NCBI GenBank assembly: GCA_002633005.1
Contig: NMRA01000011.1
Location: forward strand, 904,855 to 968,854
Source: Phoronis australis
Lineage: Eukaryota; Animalia; Phoronida
Direction of reading: 5' to 3'
DNA: 64,000 nucleotides
The notes under the pieces were generated by a model. That model was not told the origin of the DNA and ran no database searches. It worked only from the letters and a program-made list of their open reading frames with translations. The position numbers and the translations under genes were made by a program. Shown here in pieces: positions 25,501 to 40,500 of this stretch; the stretch's first letter is position 1, and each line of letters starts with the position of its first letter.

Positions 25501-28500
25501 GTGACAAAGACTTCCTGCAGACAATAAAAGACCACACCATGTGGATGTGTAACGTGTAACGTGTAACGTGCTAACGACAACTTGTAACTCAAGCTGTCAC
25601 AACAAACTCATCAGTCAAATAACATCACCCCTATATGTGAACATATGAATGAAAATGTTAAAAAGGACTCTGACCTTTTATACATACAGACTTCTGGAGG
25701 TAGATTTTAGTGCACGACCAAATTAACATAGACTTAGCATTTTAGTGAATGGCTAATTAATATAAAGTTGGAATTTTTCTAGTTTTCTGAGGCTGGCTAC
25801 TTTGCTGCAAAAAAGTGTTTATCAAAGGTGTCCATTTTAGGACAACGGTAGTACAAAGCATGCAAATATTACCACCCTCCCACGTTCACTTTTATCAAGA
25901 CATTTGCCCAAAACTTCCACTTGTACAGCTCATTGTTTGCTAAGTCGGTGAACCATCATACACTTCATTAGATGTTTCATAAAAGCGTGAACGAACCCCG
26001 GAAATGAAAGATCATACCTGAAGAGAAATGCACCTTCACTTAATTAGGTAACAAAACTAATTAGATTTGAACTTTCAGACTGAGAATAGCATGTTATTAC
26101 ATCCGCTGATCATAACAGTTTCTTTATTAAGACCAATGAAGAATGTCATATCCAATTCTTGCCTACGCCTGACTAATTTTGAAATTTAAAATGTGCGGCA
26201 GGGTGTTGCAAGCCCACATCATTTTTAGCCAAGTTCTCAAATTTTTCTTCATAAGTCATCATACAAACACATACAAGCCGAGGTAGTTTTTAAAAGACAT
26301 GATAAGTGGGACACCATTATCGTCTTATTGGCCTTCATTGACTGAAAACAGGTTATTACAACTGTATCAAAGATACCAACGGCAAAAATTTTGATTTGCC
26401 AGAAGTGTGCAGTCATAAGAGGCTTTCCCGTTAGGGGAACTTCGGTTTACCAAAGCGTCGCCGAAACTTCGCATACCATTCCGACTTGACAACGATTTCT
26501 AAGTTATTGCTAAGATACCAGATGACGCAGTTCATTCGTACTCTCAAACGAATACTGAGTAGTGGGTTTGAGGCTAACTGAAAATTGTATTCCTGCCATT
26601 TGCGAGTGTTTATTTGTCATCAGATATGTTTTCTTTTCTTTATTTGTGGGTGTTTATTGAGAGCACGTCACCTACGCTACAATAACAATTCTGTATACAA
26701 TAACAAAGAACACATTTTGCGAGTCTTGCGCAAGCATGTATCATTGCCGCGACCTCTACCAATAACCTTGACAAAGTTTCACTCTGACCTTTCCCACTAC
26801 ACCAAAGTTTCGAAGAGTACAAAAGCTTTCCTTTTAAATCCTACTATTTTCAGCGAAGTTAAACTTTCCCACTTACCAAAACTTCGGTAGAAGCGAAGTA
26901 TCACCTCAAATGGGACAGTGACTATAGTATTTTATATCAAACATACTGTAATCAGCTGTTGTGAGATGTCGCTTTACCATTAGATGCGAAACTTCGCTTT
27001 TACCGAAGTTTCGGTAAGTTGGAAAGGTTTACTCCGGTAGTTAATCTGCAAGCGAAACTTCACTTAAAATAGTAGGTACTTGTTGAAACTTAAGTGTAGT
27101 GGGAAAGGTCAGAGTGAAACTTCGCCAAAGTTATCGGTAGAGGTAGCAGCAACGATATACAATCACGGGAGACTCACAAACCGACACTGACCATTTTCAT
27201 AAACACTCGTAAATGGCAGAACAATTTTCTGTTAGCCTCAAACCCACTAGTCCATATTCGTTCAAGAGTACGAATTAACAGTGTCGTCTGGTATCTTAGC
27301 GATAACTTTGATATCGCTGTTAAATGGGAAATGTAAGCGAAGTTTCGGCAAAGCTTCAGTAAACCGAAGTTTCCCTAAAGGGAAAGTGCCTTTATATCCT
27401 CTACTAAGTGTACAATCTCTTGAACATGCCAGAAGCAAGTTAACAGTGTGTTAATGCTCAACAAGTTGACAGTTATATCCAAGTGATTACACAAAGTAGT
27501 ATCACTTAATGACCATTAGGTCACATCTGTTACTTAAAGTAAGTACTTAAATCATCCTGTCTGCACGATGCTCAGAGCTGATTCAGGTAGCTATTAAATA
27601 AAACCAATATGTTACCATGGAGATGGAAGAACCCTTTCTAAAGTAATAAGTTAGTTCTAGGAAATCAAAGGAAGACCTGGTTGATCATCTTCAACTTAGA
27701 CATACAAATAATGCTGGTCATTATATGTGCCAAATAAAACATTTTGACTATCATCAACGCCAAAATAAAAACGAGCAAGGCAGTGTGGCACACTTCACAT
27801 ATATAAGGAACAATCATTATTTTAAACATTCACAGTGAAGGTTGGCACTAAATTGAAGGACTAGTGGTTTTTGTCCGAAAATAAAGGTGTACTGTCTTCT
27901 CCGGGTGATCACAATTTCACAAAGATCACTCAAGCGGTAAGCCAGAGAGAGCTATGCAACAAAAATTCAAAAAGCCACAAGTACCACTACACGATACACA
28001 CTTCTCTGAACATTGGTGGTGGCCCATTCTCAAAACAAAAACACAAACCAAGTTTTAAATGGAAAGAAAGATAGCTACAAATAATGAATTGCCCCAAGGG
28101 GGTCCAGGATTCACTTGATTCGTACAAAATTTTTGTATTATCATTATTGTCATGGCTACACATTTAGCATTGTAATGGCTAAACATTTTGTATTGTCATG
28201 GCTACACATTTAGAATTGTCATGGCTACACATTTAGAATTGTCATGGATACACATTCTGTATTGTCATGGCTACACATTTAGAATTGTCATGGCTACACA
28301 TTTTGTATTGCCATGGCTACACATTTTGTATTGNNNNNNNNNNNNNNNNNNNNNNNNNNNNNNNNNNNNNNNNNNNNNNNNNNNNNNNNNNNNNNNNNNN
28401 NNNNNNNNNNNNNNNNNNNNNNNNNNNNNNNNNNNNNNNNNNNNNNNNNNNNNNNNNNNNNNNNNNNNNNNNNNNNNNNNNNNNNNNNNNNNNNNNNNNN

Positions 28501-31500
28501 NNNNNNNNNNNNNNNNNNNNNNNNNNNNNNNNNNNNNNNNNNNNNNNNNNNNNNNNNNNNNNNNNNNNNNNNNNNNNNNNNNNNNNNNNNNNNNNNNNNN
28601 NNNNNNNNNNNNNNNNNNNNNNNNNNNNNNNNNNNNNNNNNNNNNNNNNNNNNNNNNNNNNNNNNNNNNNNNNNNNNNNNNNNNNNNNNNNNNNNNNNNN
28701 NNNNNNNNNNNNNNNNNNNNNNNNNNNNNNNNNNNNNNNNNNNNNNNNNNNNNNNNNNNNNNNNNNNNNNNNNNNNNNNNNNNNNNNNNNNNNNNNNNNN
28801 NNNNNNNNNNNNNNNNNNNNNNNNNNNNNNNNNNNNNNNNNNNNNNNNNNNNNNNNNNNNNNNNNNNNNNNNNNNNNNNNNNNNNNNNNNNNNNNNNNNN
28901 NNNNNNNNNNNNNNNNNNNNNNNNNNNNNNNNNNNNNNNNNNNNNNNNNNNNNNNNNNNNNNNNNNNNNNNNNNNNNNNNNNNNNNNNNNNNNNNNNNNN
29001 NNNNNNNNNNNNNNNNNNNNNNNNNNNNNNNNNNNNNNNNNNNNNNNNNNNNNNNNNNNNNNNNNNNNNNNNNNNNNNNNNNNNNNNNNNNNNNNACGTG
29101 CAAAGTTTTGACTTTAACCTTCTCACACAACTCTTGCAAGTTGACAATAAACAAAGATAGGTTAGGTGGCACTGAACAGTTAGACTGCGGCCGCGGCCAG
29201 TTTGCACTCCCAAAATATTAAAATCTAGGGGTAGGCCAGGCTTGGGAGCATTTTTTAGATAGGTACTGTATGTAAGCCAAGTGAATGTGTTTTTTTTGTA
29301 TTTTGTGAACATGCTGAGAATGAAAAAGGCCACTTTCTCGGCTGTAGCTGCACTCTTTTTCAAGATGGTGGCCTCCTGTTGCAATTGTGCATTGCTGCGT
29401 AGCAACTGAGAAATTGGCCACGATTTCAGGTAGCCCTAAAACAAGCCTGATTTGCAAAAAAACTAGTTGGTTGGTTGACAGTACTTTTGGACCACATTTT
29501 TGGAATCGGTGGGAAATTTGCTTTCGGAATCTAATGTTGACTTTAGTCGAGCATCGGCAGAGAAGTGGTGATTTGGAGGTGAAAAGTGCCGATTTTGCAT
29601 TTTTTGCCCTTATTTTTCTTAGTTCAGCTTGGTTTCCACTGGGAGTGAAAGGGTCAAAAATACAAGAGTACAAAGTTTCTGTGCTCATCTGTAGGGCTTG
29701 TGATGTGAAATGACTCAAAACTTTACTTTATTTGCATGCAGTTTTTGACAGAGTGAAGAAAGGGTGAAGAGTCCATTGACGTGTGTTCTGATAGGCAAAT
29801 CCCTGTGAGAACCGTTCAGTGCCTCCTTACTGTCAACACTGAGTAGTACTACGTTTCATTATTTTGTTCAAATGTTCACTTTTTTACAACTAAATGCATT
29901 TCGTTTTACTTAGTAAGCCATCAAATATTCAATACCACGTAAAATATGCTGGGTACTTCATGTGACTTCAGCGCCACCTTAGAGTATTTAGAGAAACTTC
30001 AATGTTGTTCAACAACAGATACTAATGGGAAAATTACAGATCACATCAGTGTTCTATCAGGGGAGATAACTTGGTAGGAAAGGCCAAAAGAAACTTATAG
30101 TTGCGTGATACTGTGTCATCGGGATCATCATTATTGGTTGACCAGAGGCGAAATGTTTGAAAAGTGAACAGCAATGGTTGGCACTAACAGCACTTTAAAT
30201 TAATCTAAACATTAGCTCATTAAAATTAACATATCACCGCAACAACCTTGTGACTATTGTTGGATTGATTTTTCAACTGTGTCGTATTCATGATCTGGTT
30301 GAAAACACACTAAACAAACAAAACGTTTAAGCAAGTCTACGTTTGATTTGAGAGTGAGACTTTGTGACTAAGACTGCTTTCCATGACGGCATGGGAAGTA
30401 AAAGTGACTAATTCTGCCTCACAGGCATTGAATTTGTGACCAGTATGTACGTATGTTGACATACTGGAGTAACTTCATATAACTCACAAGCATATTATCG
30501 TCATTAAAGCAGGCTTAACCATGTCGTTATTAATCAGTTTAATTACATGGGGATCACCAACGCTGGATGATAAAGTAAACTTTGAGCATTTAGGCCTGTT
30601 GCTTTGTTATCTTTGGTGTCAGACAGAATCAGGCCATGATACTTTGCTTTGTGTTTATTATGAATTTGATAAGTGATAAAGCACCTCCCTAAATCAACAT
30701 TTTGAAAACCCTAAGACTCTGACTTACGGTTAAAAATTTTCAATTTGGGACACAATACGGGGGACAAATTTCTCGACAAAAATTAATTTTCATGAAAATT
30801 TACTTCTGCTTTCAGCATTGTTTGTATGGCGTAGCTGTAACCTAACAAAATTTGGTAGAATTATAAGCATTTGTAACAACGTGGCAAGCCTCTGAAATAG
30901 AGAAATGTTACCAATTATTTTTGTTCCAAATTGAAGAATATTTACCATGGTGGAAACCTATTTTCCAAATTTTATGAAAATCCATCAGAACTTTTTGAAG
31001 ATACCGAGGTAAATGTAAAAAAGATAAAATTGCCAAAAGGGTGCACACCAGTAGTTGGATCCGTCTGAAAATTAGTTCATGCTGTTCAATCCATGAAAGG
31101 ACCATAAGAGCAAAATTTCATGAACATACATCAAAGGATTTGGAGACAGAGCAGCAGACGCTGGACAGAGAGCAATGACGGCATAATGCGCCCACATATA
31201 AATATGTGGAGCATAAAATTTTTCACAAATAATTTATTGAAATTTATGGTTGACTGATAATAGAATACAATGATATACTTACCACAGTACTAAGGGTTTC
31301 AAAAATAGCATAACAATGTTTTAGCACTATCATTTCTGGCTCAACAAGCACACAATGCAAATACATATCGCGTGTACACTAAGGGGATGTTTTCACTTGT
31401 ACCAGTATGTTCAACCTCATGACATAAATTTTTAAATGTTAGTCTATTTTACTCCCAATACATTGATACTGTACGCAAGTATTACTATTCTGCTCTAACA

Positions 31501-34500
31501 AAAACGTATAAAAAATATTTACCCCAGGCAATATGCAAAACAGTAGTAAAAAGTCTTCTATCTGATATAGACCCAATGGCTAAAATTACCATAGGCTTTC
31601 TGCACAGGTCCTTATGTTTTGTGACAGCAGCAATAGATGGAACAATACATTCTCAGGAGATGCGATTGATGAGAACCTCAATAACACCAACAGCATGAAA
31701 TTAGGTGTTTTCATCATATTATAATGTCCTGAACTGAAGAATGTTTAATGTATAACCGTACACACCGACAATGTCATACATACCAATATCGTTGGCAGCG
31801 CCATTGGCTTGCTCGGCGGCTCTTCCCAGGCTGGAGATGCTGTCAATGTGGGCTTTAGCAGTGGCGGTGACACCTGTTGACAAGTTAACAGTAATAAAGC
31901 TCATACAAGTCTCTTGTGACCGGTGTCAAGAGTGTGAACTCAGTACATAACCAAGCTGACTGGAGATACAAATATTTAGAATTACTGGCAACAATAATGT
32001 ACCAGAGAGTTGTAGTGCACTTAATGCCAGGGACAGTTTAGACAATGAAAGCATTGTGGTGAAATTGGCCTGTTGTCTGCTTAGATGGCAACCTATCACG
32101 GGGTCACTTGAGAAGGAAAAATACATCAATATGCCAGATGTTAAAAACAACCAGGCATTTTAAATGAAGAAGGATTGGCCTCATATAAGCCGTTCTGACA
32201 TCAAATTTGTTACAGAAACGGAGAGTACACAGGTACAGGTGAAGAGCCACTTAAAGTTTAACAGACTACATACATATAGTGATAGCTCAATTTGACGATG
32301 CAGAAATCCAATGCGAGCTTAGTGACCTGGTAAAAATCCGAAGTCACTATGCACACCTATGAGCACGCGCTCAAAATACTGAAGGAAGTAAACAGACAAG
32401 AGTGTCTTAAACTTCGTGACTCACGCACACAGACAATGTGTCGTGATCGTCTGCTTTTCCGGGAGCCTCTGTGGAATTTTAGGCTCAGTGAGACTGCTGA
32501 GCACGTGGCATACACATAATTATTTGTTCGACTAAAAAAAGACACATGCCGGATGTTGCGAGGGGCATTAGCTCAGTCCACCGGAACTTGAATTTAGACA
32601 TTTGCCATTTTCGACTATTGTCAACTATGTGTCGTTACAGGGGACGGGACTTTCACACCTCTGCATACAGACTTCGAAATGTTTCCCCACTTTGGCAAAC
32701 TTTTGCAGATGGCATATGACAACTTGTCATAACCGGAACCTAATAGTACTCAATAGCATTGAGCCATGCATATTAGTTTATGTTTAGAAAATTTATCTTG
32801 GTAAGTTACATATGCCATGGGAGCTATTCATAATTTCCTGAGCACAATACATTTACGTATTCATAATCAATGACCAAAGCAACATAGTGAAAAAACAACT
32901 CTTCCACTCAGCTAATAACCAAATTAAAACAGTTAGTGGTGACATTAGAGATAAATGGAACACCACAGTATATCAACATTGATCATATTTAATTAAACCA
33001 TAATATATTGGTACTTCTATAGTTGATTCCATTCATACACCTCATACTCAATATATTAGTCACGCACGCACAAAAAGCATTTACAGGTGTTGTTCATAAT
33101 GTCACAGTGCTTTACAACGGACAACAGTATTGCATCAAACTACTTGGCACACAACCTTCTCCAAGATAATGCGCCCAAAACAGTCACGGCCAGGCAAACC
33201 TTCATATTACGAAAAATCACCCACCTACGTAACACTGGGGAACAGGTCCTGTACACTCATAGATTATTCCTGATTGCATAGTTCATTTTAAGACTAGATA
33301 TATGTTGTTGAACGCATACTGAAAACAAAATTCTGATGTAGTGTTATTCATGGTCCCTTCCCATGAATGTTCAAGGTTGGTATTGAGTGGAGACTAAAGA
33401 GGTGCATTAAACATGATGACACAGAGAGAACGCTAAACTTTGCCGTTATCAAAGATATCGTCGTCAATAAAGGCACATGCTATATTCGCAAATATTTTGT
33501 TCAAATATTCATCATCGGTTCTTCTTCTATAAGCATTTCAATATTCAATTGTCTATCGATGCAATACTTTATATTTCACATATGTAGGACCCTCAAGAAA
33601 TGTCCCAATTTGTCCATCCTCAGAACATTGTGTCTTAGTAACGGCTGCTTTCAGCCACCATGTTTTTATGCACAGTTATCCAAAACAATTAGGAATATTT
33701 TTTAAACTGTAACAGTTTTGGAGATTTCATCTAGTACATTCATACAGAACAAAAGTTGGTCATGTTATTGATAAAGAGTCGTTTTTTTATTTTTACTAAA
33801 ATGACAGGCATCATCATGTGACCCAATATTAATAACAGATTGGTGTAAAGTCAAAACTCAAATTCTGCACGCTTTCTATTTTCACAAAATATGCACTTCT
33901 ACTCAAGTTAAAATCTATAGTTATGTAGATCATGTGGTTAAATACATCCACAAATCCATAACAATTACACAAGACATTCTTAAAATTTTAAATTCGCAGT
34001 ACTTCCTTGGTCTAACAGGAAAGCTCAAGTTAACTTGGCTATTTACATTCACATACCTCTAGAGCCTTGTAGGGAAGGCAAGACATATGTATCACTTCAT
34101 GTGATGCATGCGTAGAATTCCAAATAGCAATTTCATACCTGTTGTTGATTAACTAGGTAAGTATACCTGGTTTGGACATTACTAGTACATAAAAAACAAA
34201 ACGGTGGGGGAATACAAAAAATCATAGATACTGAAAGCTTGTGTGTGGAATTCAAAAGCATGTTTAACCAGAAAAAAATGTGAAATTTCCATTTAGAATT
34301 AAATTATTTCATACTATTAAAGTGCATTGTATTTTAGTACTCTGCAAAAGGAATGCAGATTGAATTAAAGTGGCATTAAATTGGTGCTTTCTGTCAAAAA
34401 TAAGTTTTGATTTAAGCCACTCAGCGTTACAAAATAGATATTATCTTGCTCCTTACTCAATTAATTTTAAAGTCCGCTCCATATACAGCCTACCTTTGGA

Positions 34501-37500
34501 CAACTTGCACTATTGCAACTTGATACCCCACTTTTAAGTGGAGCATCCACACTTACACACATCCAGTCACTATGGTAAAGGCGGGAGTTGTCTCCCTGTG
34601 TGTGTGACAATGAAGACCTCATGCGAGTACGGAGCGCAACAGAAAACTCACCTGAATGTTACCACACCTGATAATTACTTCCGCCTTGCCTCAGCATTGC
34701 GACCACACAGGGGTTAGAAGTGGCGCAAGTTACCCCTAAATAAGTTAACTCGCCTCCATAAGGTGAAGTTAGTTGTCACAAGTGGAGCAAGTTGCTCTAG
34801 TTTAAATAAAGTCCACACAGCATCCAAACCCAGCAAAAATCATTCCAGGAGTAACTTGTTCTAGTGTAAGTCTGTGCGTGGACGGCACTTCAGAAGTGCT
34901 CGATAAGAACTGACCAAGCTCATAAAGTTCACAATGAGACTTGAAATTTCATGAGCTTGGTTTGAATTAGAAACAAACTTTCTAAGCCCAAAAGTCACCT
35001 ACAATTAGACTAAAAGGTCTTTCCATCAATGTCGACACTTCCCTGTTCAGGGGAGCGTCAAACAGTCTATTCGGTCTTGGATCAATGTTAACAGCTCAAG
35101 ATAAGGTTGCAATAAACAGGTGGATATAACAGTGAAGCCTTGATGCATCCCTGCAGTGGTTACGCCCAACTTGGGTGCTCATCGAAATTATGTGCAGGGG
35201 TCACTGCTGTGACATTGGTGAAGGTCATATTACGCCACCTTGCGATAACTTCGATGACTATGGTGTTACCTCGCGATAACTCTGACGTCTGCTAACTACC
35301 GTACCGAAGCTAATAGGAAAGCTCACGTTGACTTCTATGTGGACTCTTCAGTCACTAGTACCACATTTAACTTGATGGGAAAGGCCAAACAAAGAATGTG
35401 AGAGCCATAGAGTAAATGGTCTGAATCAAAAGTTGTTGCTGATGGAAAGTGAATTTATAACCGCTTGGAATGATTCCATGACCTTCATTGTTTGCTGTAA
35501 CTTTATGATTGAGATAAAAAAATGACCTAGAGTAAGATATGCAAAAGGCAAACACTAGTCATTGCTACAAGGATAGTTAATTTATAGGATGAGAGGCATT
35601 TTCATTTCTCATCAGGCAACTCAAACGAATACGAGTTACCTCTACTCTCAATCCCATTTTTGGTTGAAGAAAAAGTTGCATGCTAATCACTTATAAAGTT
35701 CTGCAATTATTTGGCCAAAAATTAGAATTCTAACGTAATGCCAAGACATGAATATAAAGTGATACTCAGTATCTAAAAAATTTTAAGAACAAGTTTTGCG
35801 GCACAACCGATCTGCCAAAAATAACCTACCCACATTCAGTAAGTATTGCGACATGGTGTGGGGAATGACACTGCATGGTGCTATCGGTGTACGTGCCCAT
35901 TAGGTACGTCATTCGTTCAAAGGTCATCCATTTGCAGAATTTTTTTGTTTTCATGTTTACAAGTAATCTGCAAACTCAACTGCAGCTTAGTTACGATGGG
36001 ATATGTTCAAACATTATTGTTTAGTTCCTGCTTCCCTTATCATAGTTGGCAGAGTGCAAATGCCCCTGTAACAATGTCTTCCTCAGCATGTCACAATTCG
36101 CAACACAATTGTACATTTTAACCTATACCCCAGATAGTGCAACTTGCGTCTATTACAATAGCTAAAGAGCTGGGACCTCTTAAGAAGCCGATTCTTCAAA
36201 ACTGCTTCCTGCTGGGTAGAGCTGGCTGACAACAGCAGGTGGTTTGGTTGTCACAAATGCATGTGGTCTTTTAAGGAGGCCCAGAAATAAATGGGATTTC
36301 ACATAACATAGCAAGCATTTTGAGTATTTTACCAATAGTGTTAACAAGGAAAAAACCTGAAAAGCAAATGCCTCATTTTGCTTCTTGCTTTAAAAGAGTT
36401 TACATATCATTAACAGCCTATTTAGCTGTATAGACAATACTGATGGACTGTTCTTGTGCCTCATGGTCAAAACAAAGTAATTTTCAGAGGAATGTCATAT
36501 AGTCTATTTTGTAATTATTAAACCCATCAAATATTAGTTAAACTTCCTGCTTAGTGTCAGCAACTGAAGATGATAATGAGGAGCCCAATCACGTCCAAGT
36601 ACCTCAACAGACAACATTGTGAAAAAGGCAAGAGATAACGCAGTCGCTTTAAGTTTGCGCGATCATCACGCTCCATTTTTATCTTTTTGTGACGTTACAA
36701 GGTTTTCCCCATAACATTTCCCTGAAAATGGCAAGTGATAACCACTAGGTTATCAGTCTTAACTAAATAACCCTTTGAACAAACAATCAAACTGCAATCA
36801 TGCTCAATTCAACTTAATGTTCATAACAAACTGAAGTTTTATTCCAGAATTTAGACAATAATACACCAATTATGTCTCACCCTCTTTCATTCAAATACTG
36901 CAAGTGTTCACACACAGACACTGTCTGTTCTTGTCAAATACATGAGCCTGGTGTCTATGACATGAATTTTTAAATGATCCCAACAGGAGATACAAAAAAA
37001 GAAAGTAACTCAACAAAACTTGGAGAAAATCCCCGAGATTTTTAGGTGAAAAAATGAGCTCTTGAGAACATTTGGTATTATTTTCGAAGTTATCAAAATT
37101 AGTCATCATGTCCAGTAATATCACCCGCCCCAAGTCCTGCACAACAGACTCTATTGAACCCTAGCACCAGATTATCAGAGACAACAATACCGCAATGACG
37201 TTATGCAGGTCTTATCTGTAAAAACAAACAATTCCTCAGGTGATGGGTGTGTTTACCTGGCCACTTTTGAGAAGGGCGCATACCCATGACCATGGTTGTG
37301 AAGGGTGGCGCACATATTAAAAGATGGTTTAATACCTTCATCATATAAATTATAAGAGACTGCAAATAATCAGAGATAGCAGAGACGGATTAAATTACTT
37401 TGTACAAGGATGTTCCATGGATGAAAATTGCAAGCATACCTGGTATGGTATCAGGCGATCGAATGAACAACCGTAATAAGGATAGCCAGATTAAATTGAT

Positions 37501-40500
37501 GGGCAATAAAAAGTCAATTTCAAAAACACTCAACATTTTCCACGGAAAAAATAAAAGCTGGGATTACATTACTGGCACATATTTCCACCTGTCGTAAGAC
37601 AAAACTACTCGACAAGTAAGAGAAATCTCCTGACTAAACTTTAAACCTGATAACCCTCATTCGTTTCTCATTTGTTGAATTCCAAGAGGAGAGCTAACAG
37701 ATTTTGACTGACCAATAAGCATCAGATGGGACATAATCTGCAGTACTTTGAACCATGGTACAGTGGACCTGTTTCTTGAAAAGTCTAATGACTTTTGTCG
37801 TCTGACTTAAGCCAAAAGTCAGATACCTGACTTCGAATAGCCAAAAGTTGATTTTGTCTATTGCATTTCTCAAAACATTTTGTTGCCTGTCTGTTCGAGC
37901 AGCGATCAGAAATAACAAAGCGCGGTTAATTGTTCTGAAGCATAGAAATCACTTCTAATCTGGGTACAGAACAATTTGCGACTGATTTTACGATAAGTGA
38001 TCTAAATCAAAAGTTGGTTTCTGACAGAAGGCACGGGTTTATTGACCAGGCTACCAGTGTCAGACTTGTTGATTTTTGTTGATCCCAAACTGTATAATAA
38101 TCATGAAATGTGAAGTTTATGGTATAATACACAGCTTTTTCTCCATAAAAATGCTCAATTTCACTCCTGAACAAACCTCACACCTATACAGAGGTTAACA
38201 CCAGTGAGTGCCCTTGAGATTTCTCTAGACGGGCTCCACCCAACATTGAACTCTTTGAATAATTGATATATCAACAGGTAGAGATTAGCTGGCTCACAGG
38301 CCAGTTCATGTCCCAGAATTCATTATACCTTAATTGTGTTCAAAGGGAGTATCCTCCTCTACACCACAAAGTCAATATTGGAGGTTTTGAAAATATGCTC
38401 TTGGTCTTTANTCTAAGATTTGTCTTAATTTCCAAACTTTGAAACTTCCACATTTGGAAAGTTACTCAAAATTAAGACAAAACTTGGCTCATACACTTAA
38501 GTCAAACTTAAGATCTCTTTCTTGATTTGGTTTTAAGACAAATTTAACTTTTATTTTAAAATTTACAAAAATTTAAGATTTGTCTTAGCTAAGTCAGTTT
38601 TGTTGGAACGGGCCCAGTGTCAGACTTGTTGATTTTTGTTGATCCCAAACTGTATAATAATCATGAAATGTGAAGTTTATGGTATAATACAGAGCTTGTC
38701 AATGCTCAATTTCACTCCTGAACAAACCTCACACCTATACAGAGGTTAACACCAGTGAGTGCCCTTGAGATTTCTCTAAAGGGGCTCCACCCAACATTGA
38801 ACTCTTTGAATAATTGATATATCAACAGGTAGAGATTAGCTGGCTCACAGGCCAGTTCATGTCCCAGAATTCATTATACCTTAATTGTGTTCAAAGGGAG
38901 TATCCTCCTCTACACCACAAAGTCAATATTGGAGGTTTTAAAAATATGCTCTTGGTCTTTATGCACTATCAGACCAAAGACTTTATGCACCACAATCAGA
39001 ATAACAGAGTCAATGTATCCAGTACAATTTCCATATTTAACTGAAACATTTTAATGTCTGACAGGTAGACCTTCAATTGTTAACAAGTACATTGCCTATG
39101 AAAAGCAGAGTCATTACATTATGAAATAAAGCCACAACAGCCTACAAATTGTGGGATAGGGAGAACATAGAAGCAGGATGCATGGTAAAGGTTAATTTAC
39201 CAGTGATGTACTTTAAAAACAGACCATAAACCAGTTACCACAGTGACATACAAGACCACAGAATTGATTCCTGGAAGTTTTCTTCAGTCACAAGCTATAT
39301 GTTTAATTACCAGTGACATGTGACATGACAAAAGTTGGAACCCTGTGTGTGTAGTTTTGATAGCAAGCAAACTATGTCCACAAACACACCAGCTATCCAC
39401 GGTGATCCAAAGTGATCTACAACTATCCATAGTGATCCATAGTGATCTACAACTATCCATAGTGATCCAAAGTGATCTACAACTATCCATAGTGATCCAG
39501 AACTATCCAAAGAGATCCAGAACTCAACAGACAGCAAATTCTTCGATTTTTCAATCTCCCCAACTAATGAGAGAAGTCTATTAAAATGAACTTGCAAATA
39601 TTATTGACTTAAGCACAAAATTCACTAATTTGTAATGTTTCAGTTCAGTACCCACCTTCTGAATAGAAAAGTTCTCAGAAGTAGGTTAATGAAAATTTTG
39701 CATCAATTTTAAGCTGTAAAGCACTAGATGTTCTACAACATTGAATAAAACATTTGAATATCATTTTTTCAAATAACAGATCATTTAATTTGAAAAATGT
39801 TGATTTTACATTGAATGTTTTGTTATTTTGCATTTAATAACAGCGCGACATAAAATTCCACAATGACATACTAATAAATAGGCAAATCCAACTGTAGACA
39901 CTACATGTGATTTCCAATTTATTAAGGAAAAAACTTTTTAACTAAGATTATTCGCAACAATTAAGCTTTTTTCAAAACCCCGACAACATAACATAATCAC
40001 TATCTAATAAAACACAACGCAACGGGGTAATCAAAATCTTCAAATGGCGCATTATTTTTAAAGCTCAAAAATGAAGTTGGTGACCTAATTCTTTCTGTCT
40101 AATTTCATAGAAAGCAGGATGGTTATCATCATAAAACACAAAAAGAATCAACAGTGTAACTTTTGTGTAGGAGCTGAAATGCTAAAATTCCAGGAGCTCA
40201 AAATGCAGAAAAATGTTACTCTGGCATACAAAAATCAGAAAAACCCAGAAATATAATTGAAGTTGTTACAACATAAAAGTGACATCATACAACAAAATCA
40301 ATCCATTTCCAAAAGGATTTGAATCGTTAATTGGAGGAGGCTCTTCAGTAACGCACATATATTTCACATTTTTGCTGGACGAGTCTTGCAAGTTTTCGGC
40401 AGATATGTAGTAAACAAAGATCAGAACACAAAATTTGAAGGTTTGCCAGAAAAAAATCAACAATAAATTAAAACTGTATCAAGCCCATGTAAATGCATGT

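Noticed and set aside
28188-29405. Long ORFs in the track
   Set aside because: They read through the N gap and a minisatellite.
29218-29718. 166-aa and 108-aa overlapping ORFs
   Set aside because: Lie inside a TIR-bounded non-autonomous element and show no transposase motifs.
37256-37314. Alternative first exon MCATLHNHGHGYAPFSKVA
   Set aside because: Its phase 2 end is incompatible with downstream exon 3 (phase 1); no homology.
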